Positions 39,063 to 49,418 of a DNA stretch of 64,000 nt are shown here, in pieces. The stretch's first letter is position 1, and every line of letters starts with the position of its first letter. Under the pieces are notes generated by a model. The model made no database searches and was not told the DNA's origin. It was given only the letters and a program-made list of their open reading frames with translations. The stretch comes from an uncultured Gemmatimonadales bacterium (GTDB lineage Bacteria; Gemmatimonadota; Gemmatimonadetes; Gemmatimonadales; Gemmatimonadaceae): assembly GCA_963850905.1 (NCBI GenBank), contig CAWKMU010000003.1, positions 640,001-704,000 on the forward strand, in the 5' to 3' direction. The position numbers were made by a program, and so were the translations under genes.

Positions 39063-42000
39063 ATGACGGACGTATTGCGCGAACAACTCCAGAAGACCCT
39101 GGGCTCGGCCTACATCATCGACCGTGAGCTCGGCGGCGGTGGGATGAGTCGGGTCTTCGTGGCCGAGGATACGGCGCTGGGCCGCATGGTCGTCGTGAAG
39201 CTGCTCTCGCCCGAGCTCACAGCCGGCGTCAATATCGATCGCTTTCGTCGCGAAATCCGGCTCGCGGCTCGACTGCAGCACCCGCACATCGTACCCGTGC
39301 TGCACTCGGGCGAGGCGGACGGACTGCCGTACTTCACCATGCCCTTCGTGGAAGGGCAGTCGCTGCGTAAGCGACTGACCCAAGGCGGACCCCTCGCGAT
39401 CGGGGAGGCCGTCTCGATCCTGAGCGACGTCGCCAAGGCCCTCGAGTACGCCCATGCTCGCGAGGTGGTCCACCGGGACATCAAGCCCGACAACGTCCTC
39501 CTCGCCGGTAATGCGGCGGTCGTCACAGACTTCGGCATCGCCAAGGCGCTCTCCGCATCGAAGACGCTGGCGCCGGGCGCTACGCTGACCCAAGCCGGCG
39601 TGTCGCTCGGGACACCGGCGTACATGGCTCCCGAGCAGGCCGCGGCCGATCCGGCGACGGACCACCGCGCGGACATCTACGCCTTCGGCATCCTCGCCTA
39701 CGAGCTGCTGGCCGGTCAGCCGCCCTTTGCCGGGCGAACGCCGCAGCGGCTCCTGGCCGCGCAGCTCAGCGAGCGGCCAGCGCCGATCGAGAGCGTCCGA
39801 CCAGATGTGCCGCCAGCGCTCGCCGACGTCGTCACGCGCTGTCTCGAGAAGAACGCCGACGACCGGCCCCAGACCGCTGCGGCTCTCGTCCAAGCACTCG
39901 ACACTGTCACGACGAGTGGCTCGAGCAGACCCGCCCCAGCGCTCCTGCTGGGCGGCCGAGCCACCCTGCGCAACGCCTTATTCATCTGGGGCGCGGCCTT
40001 CTTGATCGTCGCCCTTGCAGCCAGGATCGCAACCAATGAGATCGGGTTGCCCGATTGGGTCTTCCCGGGCGCCATCATCGTCATGCTGCTCGGGCTCCCG
40101 GCAATCCTGTTCACCGGTTACGTCCAGCGCACCGTCCACCGCGCGCTGACGACGACGCCGATGCTGACGCCTGGTGGGACGCCCGCGCCGGCCTCGACGC
40201 TCGCGACCCTCGCCCTCAAGGCGAGCCCGCACGTGAGCTGGCGAAAAACGGCAGTGGGAGGAGCAATCGCCCTCGCAGTACTCACCCTCCTCGTCGTCGG
40301 CTACATGATGAGTTGGGCGATGGGCGTTGGTCCCGCTGGCTCGCTGCTCGGATCAGGGAAGATCCACGCCCGCGACCGGCTCCTCGTCACCGACTTCAAG
40401 GGCGCCGGCAGTGACTCCACACTCGCTGGCGCCGCAAGCGAGGCGGTGCGCACCGATCTGAGTGAGTCGCCGGTGATCACGCTGCTCACTCCGGCCGATG
40501 TCGGCGGTGCGCTGCGTCTCATGCAGCGTCCAGCAACCACGCGGATCGATGTCCCGGTGGCGCAGGATATCGCGGCCAGAGACGGGGCGAAAGGCATCGT
40601 CGACGGCACGATCACACCGCTCAATCCAGGCTATCTCCTGACCTTGCGCCTGCTGTCTGCCGCCGGGACAGAGCTCGCCTCGTTTCACGATGCGGCCGAC
40701 GGGCCCAGTCAGCTGCTGCCGACCCTCGATCGTCTCGCTCGGCGCCTTCGGGCCAAGATCGGCGAGTCCCTCAAGAGCGTGCACGCTGACCCGCCGCTCG
40801 AACAGGTCACGACAGCATCACTTCCAGCACTCCGGAAATACCAGGAAGGCATCCGACAGAACAACTTCGCGGGTAACGGCAATGCGTCGATCGCGAGCTT
40901 GCGCGAGGCCGTCGCCCTCGACACCTCGTTCGCTATGGCGTACCGCGCGCTCGGGATCACCATGTCCAATTTCGGGCTGCCGCAGGCCAGCATCGACAGT
41001 GCACTCAGCAAAGCTTATCTCTATCGCGATCGGCTGACCGAGCGCGAGCGCTACCTGGCGGAGGCCGCCTATTTCGGCCGCGGCCCGGGGCGCGATCGCG
41101 GAAAAGCGGCCGCCGCATACCGGGCGCTGCTCGCCGTCGATCCGCAGAACTACGTCGCCCTCAACAATCTCGGCGACATCGATCTCCAGCGCCGGCAGTA
41201 CGCGGCCGCCGATACGCTATTCCGGCGGGCGGTGGCCGCAGGAAACACGGGGTCTCTCGAACTGGGCAACATCATCGAGGCCGAACTCGGTGCCGGCAAT
41301 ACGGCGGGCGCGCAGCGGGATCTCGCGACGCTTCGCGAGCGGTACCCCGACGCGATCCAGGGCCCCGGGTTCGGGTTCACGGTCCTCTACGCTCAGAATC
41401 GACTGGACGCGATAGACACGGCTCTCGCTCGGGACCGCGCGAGCCCGAGACCCGAGCTGCGGTCCTTCGGAGAGTTCCTCCAGTCCCAGGTTGCGCTACT
41501 TCGCGGCCAGCCTTCGGTATGGGCCCGCGCCACCGCCGACGCCCGTCGCACGGAGGAGACGCGTGGCGTCCCGCAGCCGCCCCTTGACGACTCGGTGACC
41601 GCGGTCGCGCTGGACATCACGCTCCGAGCCCAGCCGGCGCGCGGTGCGGCTCGACTCGACGCGCTCCTGTCGCGCGTACCGCTGCACTCCGTGGCGGTGC
41701 TCGACCGTCCGTATTTTGAGATCGCCGAGCTCTATGCACTGGCTGCACGTCCCGACCGCGCGCGAGCGATTCTTGGGGAGTATGCGGCCGACGTGAAGGA
41801 CACGGCAACGCTGCGGGACAATGAGCCGCAGATGCACGCCGCACTCGGCGAGATCGCGTTGGCCGAGCACCGTCCCCAGGACGCGCTCAACGAGTTCGCG
41901 CGTGCCGATACGGCCTCCGACGGCTATCCCGTCATCTGTGGGACCTGTTACCCGCTCAATGGCGCTCGCGCCTACGACGAAGCGGGGAATCGCGACTCGG

Positions 42001-42275
42001 CGATCGTCTTGTACGAGCGCTACGAGGCTGTCTACCTGCGGCGGTACCAGCCAAGGGATCCGCTCTTCCGGTCGCTCGGTTACAAGCGCTTGGGCGAGTT
42101 GTACGAGAACCGAGGCGACATCGCCCACGCAGTGGCGAATTATCAGCAGTTCCTCGCGTTGTGGAAGGATGCGGACCCGGACCTTCAACCCGTCGTCGCC
42201 GACGTCCGGCGGCGCCTGGCGAAGCTGGGAGCCGAGCCGGCACGCGTCGTTCCAGCGGCCCAGCCCAGTCGGTGA
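39063..42275 (+). CDS. Hanks-type Ser/Thr kinase with 3 TM segments and TPR-rich ectodomain
   Basis: LGGGGMSRVF, HRDIKPDN, DFG, YMAPEQ; IGLPDWVF TM hairpin; LWKDADPDLQP. Confidence 0.93.
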   Translation: MTDVLREQLQKTLGSAYIIDRELGGGGMSRVFVAEDTALGRMVVVKLLSPELTAGVNIDRFRREIRLAARLQHPHIVPVLHSGEADGLPYFTMPFVEGQSLRKRLTQGGPLAIGEAVSILSDVAKALEYAHAREVVHRDIKPDNVLLAGNAAVVTDFGIAKALSASKTLAPGATLTQAGVSLGTPAYMAPEQAAADPATDHRADIYAFGILAYELLAGQPPFAGRTPQRLLAAQLSERPAPIESVRPDVPPALADVVTRCLEKNADDRPQTAAALVQALDTVTTSGSSRPAPALLLGGRATLRNALFIWGAAFLIVALAARIATNEIGLPDWVFPGAIIVMLLGLPAILFTGYVQRTVHRALTTTPMLTPGGTPAPASTLATLALKASPHVSWRKTAVGGAIALAVLTLLVVGYMMSWAMGVGPAGSLLGSGKIHARDRLLVTDFKGAGSDSTLAGAASEAVRTDLSESPVITLLTPADVGGALRLMQRPATTRIDVPVAQDIAARDGAKGIVDGTITPLNPGYLLTLRLLSAAGTELASFHDAADGPSQLLPTLDRLARRLRAKIGESLKSVHADPPLEQVTTASLPALRKYQEGIRQNNFAGNGNASIASLREAVALDTSFAMAYRALGITMSNFGLPQASIDSALSKAYLYRDRLTERERYLAEAAYFGRGPGRDRGKAAAAYRALLAVDPQNYVALNNLGDIDLQRRQYAAADTLFRRAVAAGNTGSLELGNIIEAELGAGNTAGAQRDLATLRERYPDAIQGPGFGFTVLYAQNRLDAIDTALARDRASPRPELRSFGEFLQSQVALLRGQPSVWARATADARRTEETRGVPQPPLDDSVTAVALDITLRAQPARGAARLDALLSRVPLHSVAVLDRPYFEIAELYALAARPDRARAILGEYAADVKDTATLRDNEPQMHAALGEIALAEHRPQDALNEFARADTASDGYPVICGTCYPLNGARAYDEAGNRDSAIVLYERYEAVYLRRYQPRDPLFRSLGYKRLGELYENRGDIAHAVANYQQFLALWKDADPDLQPVVADVRRRLAKLGAEPARVVPAAQPSR

Positions 42276-42312
42276 CCGACCGGCGCGCCCGTCGTTCGCG
42301 CCGGTCGGCCGA

Positions 42313-42420
42313 ATGATTTCGGTCCTCCGGGAACGACGATCAGTCGTTTTGCGCGGATGGTGGATCGTCGGCGTTGCGCTCGTCGCGCAAATGTTCAGCA
42401 TCGGAACGGTGCTTGTGCAA
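42313..42420 (+). pseudogene. 5' stub of an MFS-like transporter
   Basis: RGWWIVGVALVAQMFSIGT resembles an MFS first helix; protein-likeness is lost afterwards. Confidence 0.45.
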
Positions 42421-42506
42421 GGACGCCACGCGAGCCCTAAAGGGCAACGTCGCTGGCTCTGTGGACACACTTGGCGATGGCGGGGGGACGGCATGCCTTG
42501 CTGTCG

Positions 42507-42825
42507 GCCCCATTGGCCCAGTGGCGGCGTACACCGTTAGCTTCGAGCACTCTCATCCGGGCAGCATCCGCCGTGGCATCGTCGGACCTACGGGGCGACG
42601 GGTGACGGATTCACCGCTATCCCCCACGCCCGGCGGGTGCTGGCCTGGATCTACGTCGCGGTCAGCGATCATCCGCACGCGGTCGGCCAGCTCGACTCGC
42701 TGCTCGCAATGCCGTATTACATCTCGCCCGCGTGGCTTCGGATCGATCCGACGTGGACGCCGCTCAAAGGCGACCCGCAATTCCAGCGGCTTGTCGCACA
42801 GCCACCGATGACACCAATCCAGTAG
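42507..42825 (+). pseudogene. Collapsed Ser/Thr kinase paralog (5' flank and first codons joined to the last ~77 codons)
   Basis: 42507-42586 aligns to 31617-31695; 42595-42825 encodes ATGDGFTAIP...WLRIDPTWTPLKGDPQFQRLVAQPP, matching the C-terminus of 31682-34345. Confidence 0.85.
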
Positions 42826-42951
42826 CGCAGCGTAACCAGAGATCTCGATCTCACCGCTTTCAGGCTCCGACTCCGGCCTCGGCCAGCATCGACACGTGGA
42901 GCTTCAGCATTGGGCGCCCATCGCACTCCTTGAGCAGGCAGCGCACAACAA

Positions 42952-44382
42952 TCAGTTCGGTGACGCGGCGCCGTGTGCGTCGTTGGGGCTCGGCGCGATC
43001 GTTGACTGTGACGCGGCCGTGGGCGCAATCGGCAATACAAGCGGTGGGCGCGGGGCCTGCGAGAAGTCGAAGTCGTTCCGCAGGTCTCCCAGAACCGGGA
43101 CGAGCTCGCGCACAGTCGGGCGCGGATCCCAGCGGCCGTCCGTCGCTGGATCAAGCCGTTGCCCACTGAGGAACACATCCTCAATGAACTTGGCGTACGC
43201 ATCAAAACTCAAGATCTGATGATCGATGTAGCCGTGCCTTGCGTACGGGCTGATGACGAGCGCCGGCACTCGGAGCCCGTACCCATTGACGTCGACCAGT
43301 GGAGGCACGACGTGGTCGTAGAAGCCGCCCCAGTCATCCCAGGCGAGAAAGATGACGCTGGAATTCCAAGTCGGACTTTGCATCACCGCGTTGATGAGAC
43401 CCGTCACGTATGCTTGGCCCACGCTCACGCGCGCCGGCGGGTGCTCGCTCGAATCGTCGTTCGGCACGATCCAGGTCACAGCCGGGAGATTGTTGGCGCG
43501 CAAGTCGGCAAAGAAATGGTCGATGGTCTGGATGTTACCCAGTTCCCCGTCTCGCGCGACGGTGGTGAAGTACGGCAGGGGATTGAAGAAGCTCGCCCAC
43601 CCCGCCTTTTGGGGTTTCGCTGCGCACGTCATCGCGTCGTCGTCGCAGTCGGGCTGTGTGCCTTCCGAGACGTAATACTTCCAGCTCACGCCCGCCCGAT
43701 GGAGCAAGTACGTCAGATCCGTCCATGCGTAGGCTCCGCCGGGTGGTTGCACGATAGAGCCGGCTGGGCTCTCCAGCGCGTTCTGACAACTCGCGGAGTC
43801 ATTGAGAATGCTGCAGCGAGCCGACCACTCGGACACCATGAATAGGTGCGCGGGCAAGCTCCACGACGCATTGGGTTCGAACAGGTGATCCTGGAGCACG
43901 AAGTGCTGTGCATAGGACCAGTAGTTGGGGATCTCGTGGTTGTCGTGATAACCCATCACATCGGGTGGACCGGTCCCAGCGCACGATGGGTTGTACGGGT
44001 TGGCGCAACCGTGCTGCGCTTCCTCCTCTTGCGCGATGAACCCATCCATCCGACCACCATCAATGTCGCCTTGCGCATTACTGGCAGCGTGCGGTCCGCC
44101 GAGGTTGACATCAGCGCTGTCGTGGAATGGCCGCATGCACTGCCCCGTGGCCGGATTGGGCACGCACACGCTCGGTACGCCATTTTGCATCGGAATGCCA
44201 TCGGCGCCGGGATACGTGCCGAAATAATGATCGAACGAGCGATTCTCCTGCATGATCACGATCACATGCCGGATGACCTTGAAATCGTTCTGGGTCGAGC
44301 CCAAACCGCTGCCGGACGCGGCTCCGTTCGAGCACGCCGCGGCCGCGAGTGCGACGCCGATGAGCTTCATCGCTGCATTCAT
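42952..44382 (-). CDS. Phosphoesterase (phospholipase C/acid phosphatase) family lipoprotein
   Basis: Lipobox [42 protein letters not shown]. Confidence 0.93.
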   Translation of the reverse strand: MNAAMKLIGVALAAAACSNGAASGSGLGSTQNDFKVIRHVIVIMQENRSFDHYFGTYPGADGIPMQNGVPSVCVPNPATGQCMRPFHDSADVNLGGPHAASNAQGDIDGGRMDGFIAQEEEAQHGCANPYNPSCAGTGPPDVMGYHDNHEIPNYWSYAQHFVLQDHLFEPNASWSLPAHLFMVSEWSARCSILNDSASCQNALESPAGSIVQPPGGAYAWTDLTYLLHRAGVSWKYYVSEGTQPDCDDDAMTCAAKPQKAGWASFFNPLPYFTTVARDGELGNIQTIDHFFADLRANNLPAVTWIVPNDDSSEHPPARVSVGQAYVTGLINAVMQSPTWNSSVIFLAWDDWGGFYDHVVPPLVDVNGYGLRVPALVISPYARHGYIDHQILSFDAYAKFIEDVFLSGQRLDPATDGRWDPRPTVRELVPVLGDLRNDFDFSQAPRPPLVLPIAPTAASQSTIAPSPNDAHGAASPN

Positions 44383-44409
44383 ATGGTCGCACGCGCCAGC
44401 AGGCCGCTG

Positions 44410-45450
44410 CTAGCCCGCGTCCGGTCCGTGAGCTATGGCGACCGTGGGCCGCGTGGTGTCTGAGGGGAGAGCGACCGACGAAGTGAGCGACCGGTTGGGC
44501 ATTGCGTCCGACAGCGCGCCCAGATCGTAGCCGATCGCCGCGACCCGCCGCTTCGTCTCCGAATCCAGCTCGCCGATGAACCTTCTGAATTGCGGCACGG
44601 CTTCCACGACGGCCAGGTGGCCATATGGCTTGGATCTCGGACGATCGAGCGCGAGGCGGCCGACATCGACCTCAGCCGACATCACGTCGGCGATCTTCGC
44701 GAACTCTCTGTTCGGATCGATCGCGAAGTCCTCGAGTCGCAATGACAGCGTTGCGGATTGGATAAAGAGCTCGGTCTCCTCGACGAATTCCTGGAACGAG
44801 AGAAATGGCGTCCCCGGGCACGTGGCAAAAAACGCAGGCTCGCCACCGGCAAAGGCCTCGAGCTCCGAGAAATTCCGCTCGACATCGGCACAGAGATCGC
44901 CACTGCTGCCATACACCGACGAGATACCGGAAATCATTCTCCTGTCCCGCATGTACGTGCGCCACCAAACCCAATTCGTCAACAACGAATCGAGGGGATG
45001 CCGATAGATGAAGATCAAGTCGGCAGATCTCGATCTCACCGCCTTCAGGATCACACTCGTCACCGCCGGCACTGCCTGCGCGCGGGAGATGTGCTTGATG
45101 GTGGCGTGCCCGCTGTAAATCATGGACGTCGGGCTTGGGCGAAAGCGGATCGCATGCCGGAAGTACTTCGCCCGTGGTCCGATGTGCTGCTGCAGCAGCG
45201 CGTTGATGTAGAACCGCCCAGTGCCGAACAGCCCGATCACGTACGCTGTCCGGTCCCTCCCCGGACTGCGGACTTTCCAATACCAATTCGAGTCCGCCAA
45301 ATAGGACTGCACCCGCTGTAATTGCTCGCGGGGTGGCTTGCGCACGAACCTCGCGCACTTCTGGAGGACCTGCGTCCGACTCGGCTGGAACAGCGCTCTC
45401 ACCTGTCCGTCGTGGTCGACCCACGAGAGCCTCTGCTTCGGCGAGCGCAT
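44410..45450 (-). CDS. Sulfotransferase-like protein with atypical 5'-PSB loop
   Basis: IFIYRHPLDSL (3'-PB-like), LRLEDFAIDP..EFAKIA; N-terminal VIGLFGTGRF. Confidence 0.65.
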   Translation of the reverse strand: MRSPKQRLSWVDHDGQVRALFQPSRTQVLQKCARFVRKPPREQLQRVQSYLADSNWYWKVRSPGRDRTAYVIGLFGTGRFYINALLQQHIGPRAKYFRHAIRFRPSPTSMIYSGHATIKHISRAQAVPAVTSVILKAVRSRSADLIFIYRHPLDSLLTNWVWWRTYMRDRRMISGISSVYGSSGDLCADVERNFSELEAFAGGEPAFFATCPGTPFLSFQEFVEETELFIQSATLSLRLEDFAIDPNREFAKIADVMSAEVDVGRLALDRPRSKPYGHLAVVEAVPQFRRFIGELDSETKRRVAAIGYDLGALSDAMPNRSLTSSVALPSDTTRPTVAIAHGPDAG

Positions 45451-46079
45451 GACCGGATTCTCCTGCGTCCACCCCGACGCGCCTGGGACTCGGTCTGCTG
45501 GCCAAACGGCCAGGCGGACCCGTGACGAGCGGTGCCGCGCAGTCACAACATCGCCGCGACCAAGGCTCAGAGAAGCAGTCTGAGATGCTCGGCGCGTTGC
45601 GAACCCGGAGCCGAACGAGCGCAAGCATTAGGCCACCGCAGCAGAAACTCGACGCGGGGAGGCTCCGGACCCGCCGGAAGACCACGGCGCCGACGCCGCT
45701 GATCGGTTGCCCTTCACGCAAACGCAGCGCGACCCTACAGGCAAGCTCGTCGACACGTGCCGCTATCGCACGCGCACGTGGCGATCGGGCATCGCTGCCA
45801 CGGTGGCCGCGTTCGAATCAACTCGCAACCAATACGGCCCGACCAGGTTCGATTCCGGCCGCTTCGCCTATTCGACCGACGATTGGGGGTCGACCCCAGC
45901 GGGCGACGCAGGCGTCGCCGCTACATGACGCCGGGAATGGCGACATCACGGCGGCAATGGCCTTACGTGTTGACCGCCACGTCACGGCGGCCAGGCTATG
46001 GTCGGAGGCGACTGCTGGGATGTCTGTCAACGGCGAGACGCCTGCGTCGCCCCCTCCGGCGCCATGCGCAACGAATGCC

Positions 46080-46108
46080 ATTCGCCGGTTCGATTACGGC
46101 CCGCGCCT
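46080..46108 (+). repeat. tRNA-Cys 3'-end fragment, inverted relative to the intact gene
   Basis: ATTCGCCGGTTCGATTACGGCCCGCGCCT matches the tRNA 3' 29 nt with one mismatch. Confidence 0.8.
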
Positions 46109-46336
46109 GTTCGACCCACGACTGCGGTGATCGGTCCAAGACGGCGAGGCAGGTGGTCCTGCGGCAAGTTCTCTGACTCAAATCCCGTGGCGAGAGTTGT
46201 ACATATACAGAGCGTTTCCTTCGCCGTCCTGAAAAGCGGCGCGCCACATTGGTACCATCTCGTCCGCAAAATGGCACTTGTGCGAATGCGCTGACTGGCC
46301 TAGCGTCGTTTCAATCATGCCCTCCAAGGGGGAGCT

Positions 46337-46723
46337 ATGGCCGTCGTGACGATTTTCGTCTCGAATATGGACCGCGCCGTTCAGTTCTACACGGGCATTC
46401 TCGGCATGAAATTGATGTATCGGTTCGGCGACGAATGGACGACGCTCAAGACTGACAATGGGCTGACCGTCGGTTTGCACCCCGCCTCGAAAGACTCGCC
46501 CGCCGGGATACGGGGTTCAATCACGATCGGTTTCGAGGTGTCCGAGCCCATCCAGCAAGCCGTAACGGGGATGCAGGCCAAGGGTGTGAAGTTCGTAGGC
46601 CCGATCGGAGACGACGAGCAGATCAAGGCAGCCCATTTCCAGGACCCAAATGGCAACGAGATGTATGTTGTCGAAGTGAAGCCAGAGTGGAAAGACTACG
46701 ACAAGATGCAGACCGCCGTGTAG
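46337..46723 (+). CDS. VOC (glyoxalase) family protein
   Basis: VTIFVSNMDRAVQFYTGILG, FQDPNGNEMY. Confidence 0.88.
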   Translation: MAVVTIFVSNMDRAVQFYTGILGMKLMYRFGDEWTTLKTDNGLTVGLHPASKDSPAGIRGSITIGFEVSEPIQQAVTGMQAKGVKFVGPIGDDEQIKAAHFQDPNGNEMYVVEVKPEWKDYDKMQTAV

Positions 46724-46744
46724 TTCACGCGCGTCGTTAGTCTG

Positions 46745-46879
46745 GAAGGAGAAAGGAGAAAGGTGACCGAGGAGCGCGGCCGGGTGGCGCACAGACCATC
46801 CACGCCGCCCAATGTCCGTCTCTCCTTTCTCCTTTCTGTGTCGCTCCTTTCTATTTCGGCCCGCTGTGCGGGCCGAAAT
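46745..46879. repeat. Inverted heptamer-repeat element (AAAGGAG/CTCCTTT) with terminal hairpin, between convergent genes
   Basis: GAAGGAGAAAGGAGAAAGG ... CTCCTTTCTCCTTTCT; hairpin ATTTCGGCCCGC-TGT-GCGGGCCGAAAT. Confidence 0.8.
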
Positions 46880-46881
46880 CG

Positions 46882-48072
46882 CTACGGACTCGACGGGAAG
46901 TTCACGACTTCATTCTCCAGCGGGATCTCGTTCACGTGCGCCTCGGCCGGTCCCTTGGCGTCCGCCGGCTTCCACCCGTCGCCACGACCAACCACCTCGA
47001 ACGCTGACATCGCATAGGGCAGCCCTTCCGCCCCTAACGGCGAATTGCCATCCTCGACGTGAAAATGCAAGTGCGGCTCCGTCGAGTTACCTGAATTCCC
47101 GACGAGCCCGAGTACCTGCCCGCGCCGGACCTTGTCCCCGAGCTTCACGCGCAAAGATCCCGGCTGTAGGTGCGCGTAGAATGCGTAGTGGCCGCCTCCA
47201 ATATCGAGAATCACATGGTTCCCGCCGACCGTCTCGAGCGTGATCGGGACGGCCCGCGAATTCTCGCCAGGAATGTTTTGCGGAATGCCGTCCTTCACTT
47301 CCGTGACCACACCGTCCGCCACTGCGAGCGCATCGCTGCCATATGCGTAATAGCTCTTGTTGTCCTTCTCATCACCGTGAAACGTCTTGCCATCGTCGCG
47401 CAGCCTCACCCAATCGATCGCCATGCGCTGTGAGATCGTGGCGTGTCCGTCAATCGGAATCAGCGCCCGCCGATGACCCGAGGTGTTGGACGGCCCGTTG
47501 GCTGCTTGCCAGTGATCGCCTTGCAACGGCGGACCGATCGTCACGGCCTCTCGCCCGACCGGAGTGAGTCCGGTTTGCAGAGTGATCTCCTCTGGATAGG
47601 TGCCGATCTTGAAGGTCAACCGCTGCCGGATCGCCTGTGGCACCGCATCGGCCGAAGCCACCGTCGCCCAGATGTAGACGACGGCCATCGAGCCGGGACC
47701 CAGTGCCGTTTTCTCCACGACTGCAGGCTGACCCGGCCGCCCAACCGCCGAATCCAGACCCGCCCCCGTGTACGCCACGAGCGAGTGGCTGGTCGAGTCA
47801 GCGGACACCACTTCCACTTTCGTTAACCGATACGGCCACCGGTCCATGTTGTTCAGGTGGAGCTCATAGACCACGTGCCATTTCCCATCCGCCCGGAATG
47901 CGGTTGGCGCAATGGGCACACGCACATCCACCGCCGCCACGATCGGCTTTGTCTTTGGACCCTCCGCCGTCTTGGGCGCGGCTTTGCCGCCTTGCGCCAG
48001 CGCGGCGACAGGTGCAATCAGCAGCGCGGCCAACACGCCGCGAGACACGCGCACCCAACTTAGACCTGCCAT
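46882..48072 (-). CDS. Secreted M23 family metallopeptidase
   Basis: Signal peptide, GGNHV, YAHLQPGS, GNSGNSTEPHLHF. Confidence 0.9.
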   Translation of the reverse strand: MAGLSWVRVSRGVLAALLIAPVAALAQGGKAAPKTAEGPKTKPIVAAVDVRVPIAPTAFRADGKWHVVYELHLNNMDRWPYRLTKVEVVSADSTSHSLVAYTGAGLDSAVGRPGQPAVVEKTALGPGSMAVVYIWATVASADAVPQAIRQRLTFKIGTYPEEITLQTGLTPVGREAVTIGPPLQGDHWQAANGPSNTSGHRRALIPIDGHATISQRMAIDWVRLRDDGKTFHGDEKDNKSYYAYGSDALAVADGVVTEVKDGIPQNIPGENSRAVPITLETVGGNHVILDIGGGHYAFYAHLQPGSLRVKLGDKVRRGQVLGLVGNSGNSTEPHLHFHVEDGNSPLGAEGLPYAMSAFEVVGRGDGWKPADAKGPAEAHVNEIPLENEVVNFPSSP

Positions 48073-48099
48073 GACTAGCCTCCGGCCGTTGTCAGCTGG

Positions 48100-48505
48100 C
48101 TATTTCTTGTTTTCGATTTGGGTGATCCGCGCCTTGACGATCTTCCGAATGAGCGCCGCGGGTAACGGTCTGTTCAGAGGGAATTGGATGGTGCCTTTGG
48201 CGACGGCGAACCGCTGCAGGTCGTGCCGAAACGCATCAATGATCGCGCGAGTGGGGAACAAGCTGCAATGATCCGAGAATGCCGCGAACCACACCACAAT
48301 TCTCTTGTACTTGAACGCCGGCAAGCGATAGCTGATCGTTTCGGTCGCCTCCGGGGGGACGGCAGATCGAATGGCCGCGCGAACCTTGGTCAGGGTGGTG
48401 CGCGCTGGTTCCGGAACGCGCGCCAAATACTCATCAATGTCGCGCGGCGGCGGACGGCGACCGGGTGTCGCCGGTGTGCGCTTTGATCTGTCCGGTCTTT
48501 GTCAT
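48100..48505 (-). CDS. YdhG-like/DUF1801 protein, apparent 1-nt insertion just after the start
   Basis: AGGAGG RBS plus ATG at 48505 is one base out of frame with DIDEYLARVP...ETISYRLPAF...KGTIQFP. Confidence 0.8.
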
Positions 48506-48542
48506 GATCGCGAGCCTCCTGCAAGCGCCTCAATGTTCAACT

Positions 48543-48701
48543 GCTGGACGAGAGACGCTAGGCGTGGGACGCGAGACGCTAAGAGACACCTCGAGGCCAG
48601 CCAAGGTGCATGTGTCTGGCCTCGAGGTTGGTCTTTAGCGTCCAGCGTCTAGCGTCCAGCGTCCAGCGTCCAGCGTCCAGCGTCCAGCGTCCAGCGTCTA
48701 A
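48543..48701. repeat. Inverted heptamer-repeat element (CTGGACG/CGTCCAG) with perfect inner stem
   Basis: About 9 CGTCCAG/CGTCTAG units at 48635-48701, degenerate inverse arm 48543-48581, inner 13-bp IR ACCTCGAGGCCAG/CTGGCCTCGAGGT. Confidence 0.85.
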
Positions 48702-49174
48702 CCTCACTCGAGCCGCCTCCGCGCGATGCTCACACCGACACCCGTGCGCTCAATCCACCACCGCATCGTGCGGCCGATGATCGCGCCGGCTGACTGCTCG
48801 TTATACCACGGGCCGATTTCATAGACGCCGGCTCGGCCGCCGTCCACATGGCACCGAAGGGCCAAGCCGGCCGGCCCGTCGATCGGTCGCGGAACGGTGA
48901 ACCGGTGACCATCGTCCACCGAAAAGGTGACCGGCCAGGCGATCCCTCGGACGCGGTTGTAGCCCGGCATACGTACGATGAGACGTCGTGGGCCCGTGCC
49001 CGGCAAGCCCCGGAGTGATCGTCCGAAGCTACGCTCCTCGGCCGAACAGCGCCAAGGACACCGCGCTCAGCCGTGGCAACCGTGTACAATTGAGAGGAAG
49101 GTTGTGATTGGACATGCCCGCCCGGCTGGCGCACGTCCGGTCACCCGGTGCGCTTCTCCACGTGAGGGTGGGTC

Positions 49175-49363
49175 ATGCCCCGATCCTACGACGAGTACAA
49201 ATACACTCCGCTGTGGCGAGCACTCGCCAGTGCAGTGAAAGAACTCGAGGCGAACGGGGAGCTCAAGATCGAAACCGCCCCCGAATACGTGATCGGCTAC
49301 CTCTACCAAGAGCTCGTCGCGAAAGCGGTCGTCGCCTCGGACTCATCCACGCCCGACCGATAG
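49175..49363 (+). CDS. Small hypothetical protein
   Basis: 62 aa, GC-rich third positions, purine-rich RBS. Confidence 0.6.
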   Translation: MPRSYDEYKYTPLWRALASAVKELEANGELKIETAPEYVIGYLYQELVAKAVVASDSSTPDR

Positions 49364-49418
49364 GCTGCTGGCACGCCCGTAGGCGGGTCCGCCGCATCGG
49401 TGTGCACAACCACCAGGG

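Noticed and set aside
42595..42825. Template repeat of a diversity-generating retroelement targeting the kinase C-terminus
   Set aside because: Differences from 34115-34345 involve all bases rather than adenines only, no reverse transcriptase is present, and the 5' flank is duplicated too
46195..46210. LexA SOS box
   Set aside because: Only the right half TATACAG fits; the left CTGT half is missing at the required spacing
48704..49134. Genes in the 48.7-49.1 kb gap
   Set aside because: Overlapping short ORFs with no consistent frame or motif; possibly remnants but not assignable
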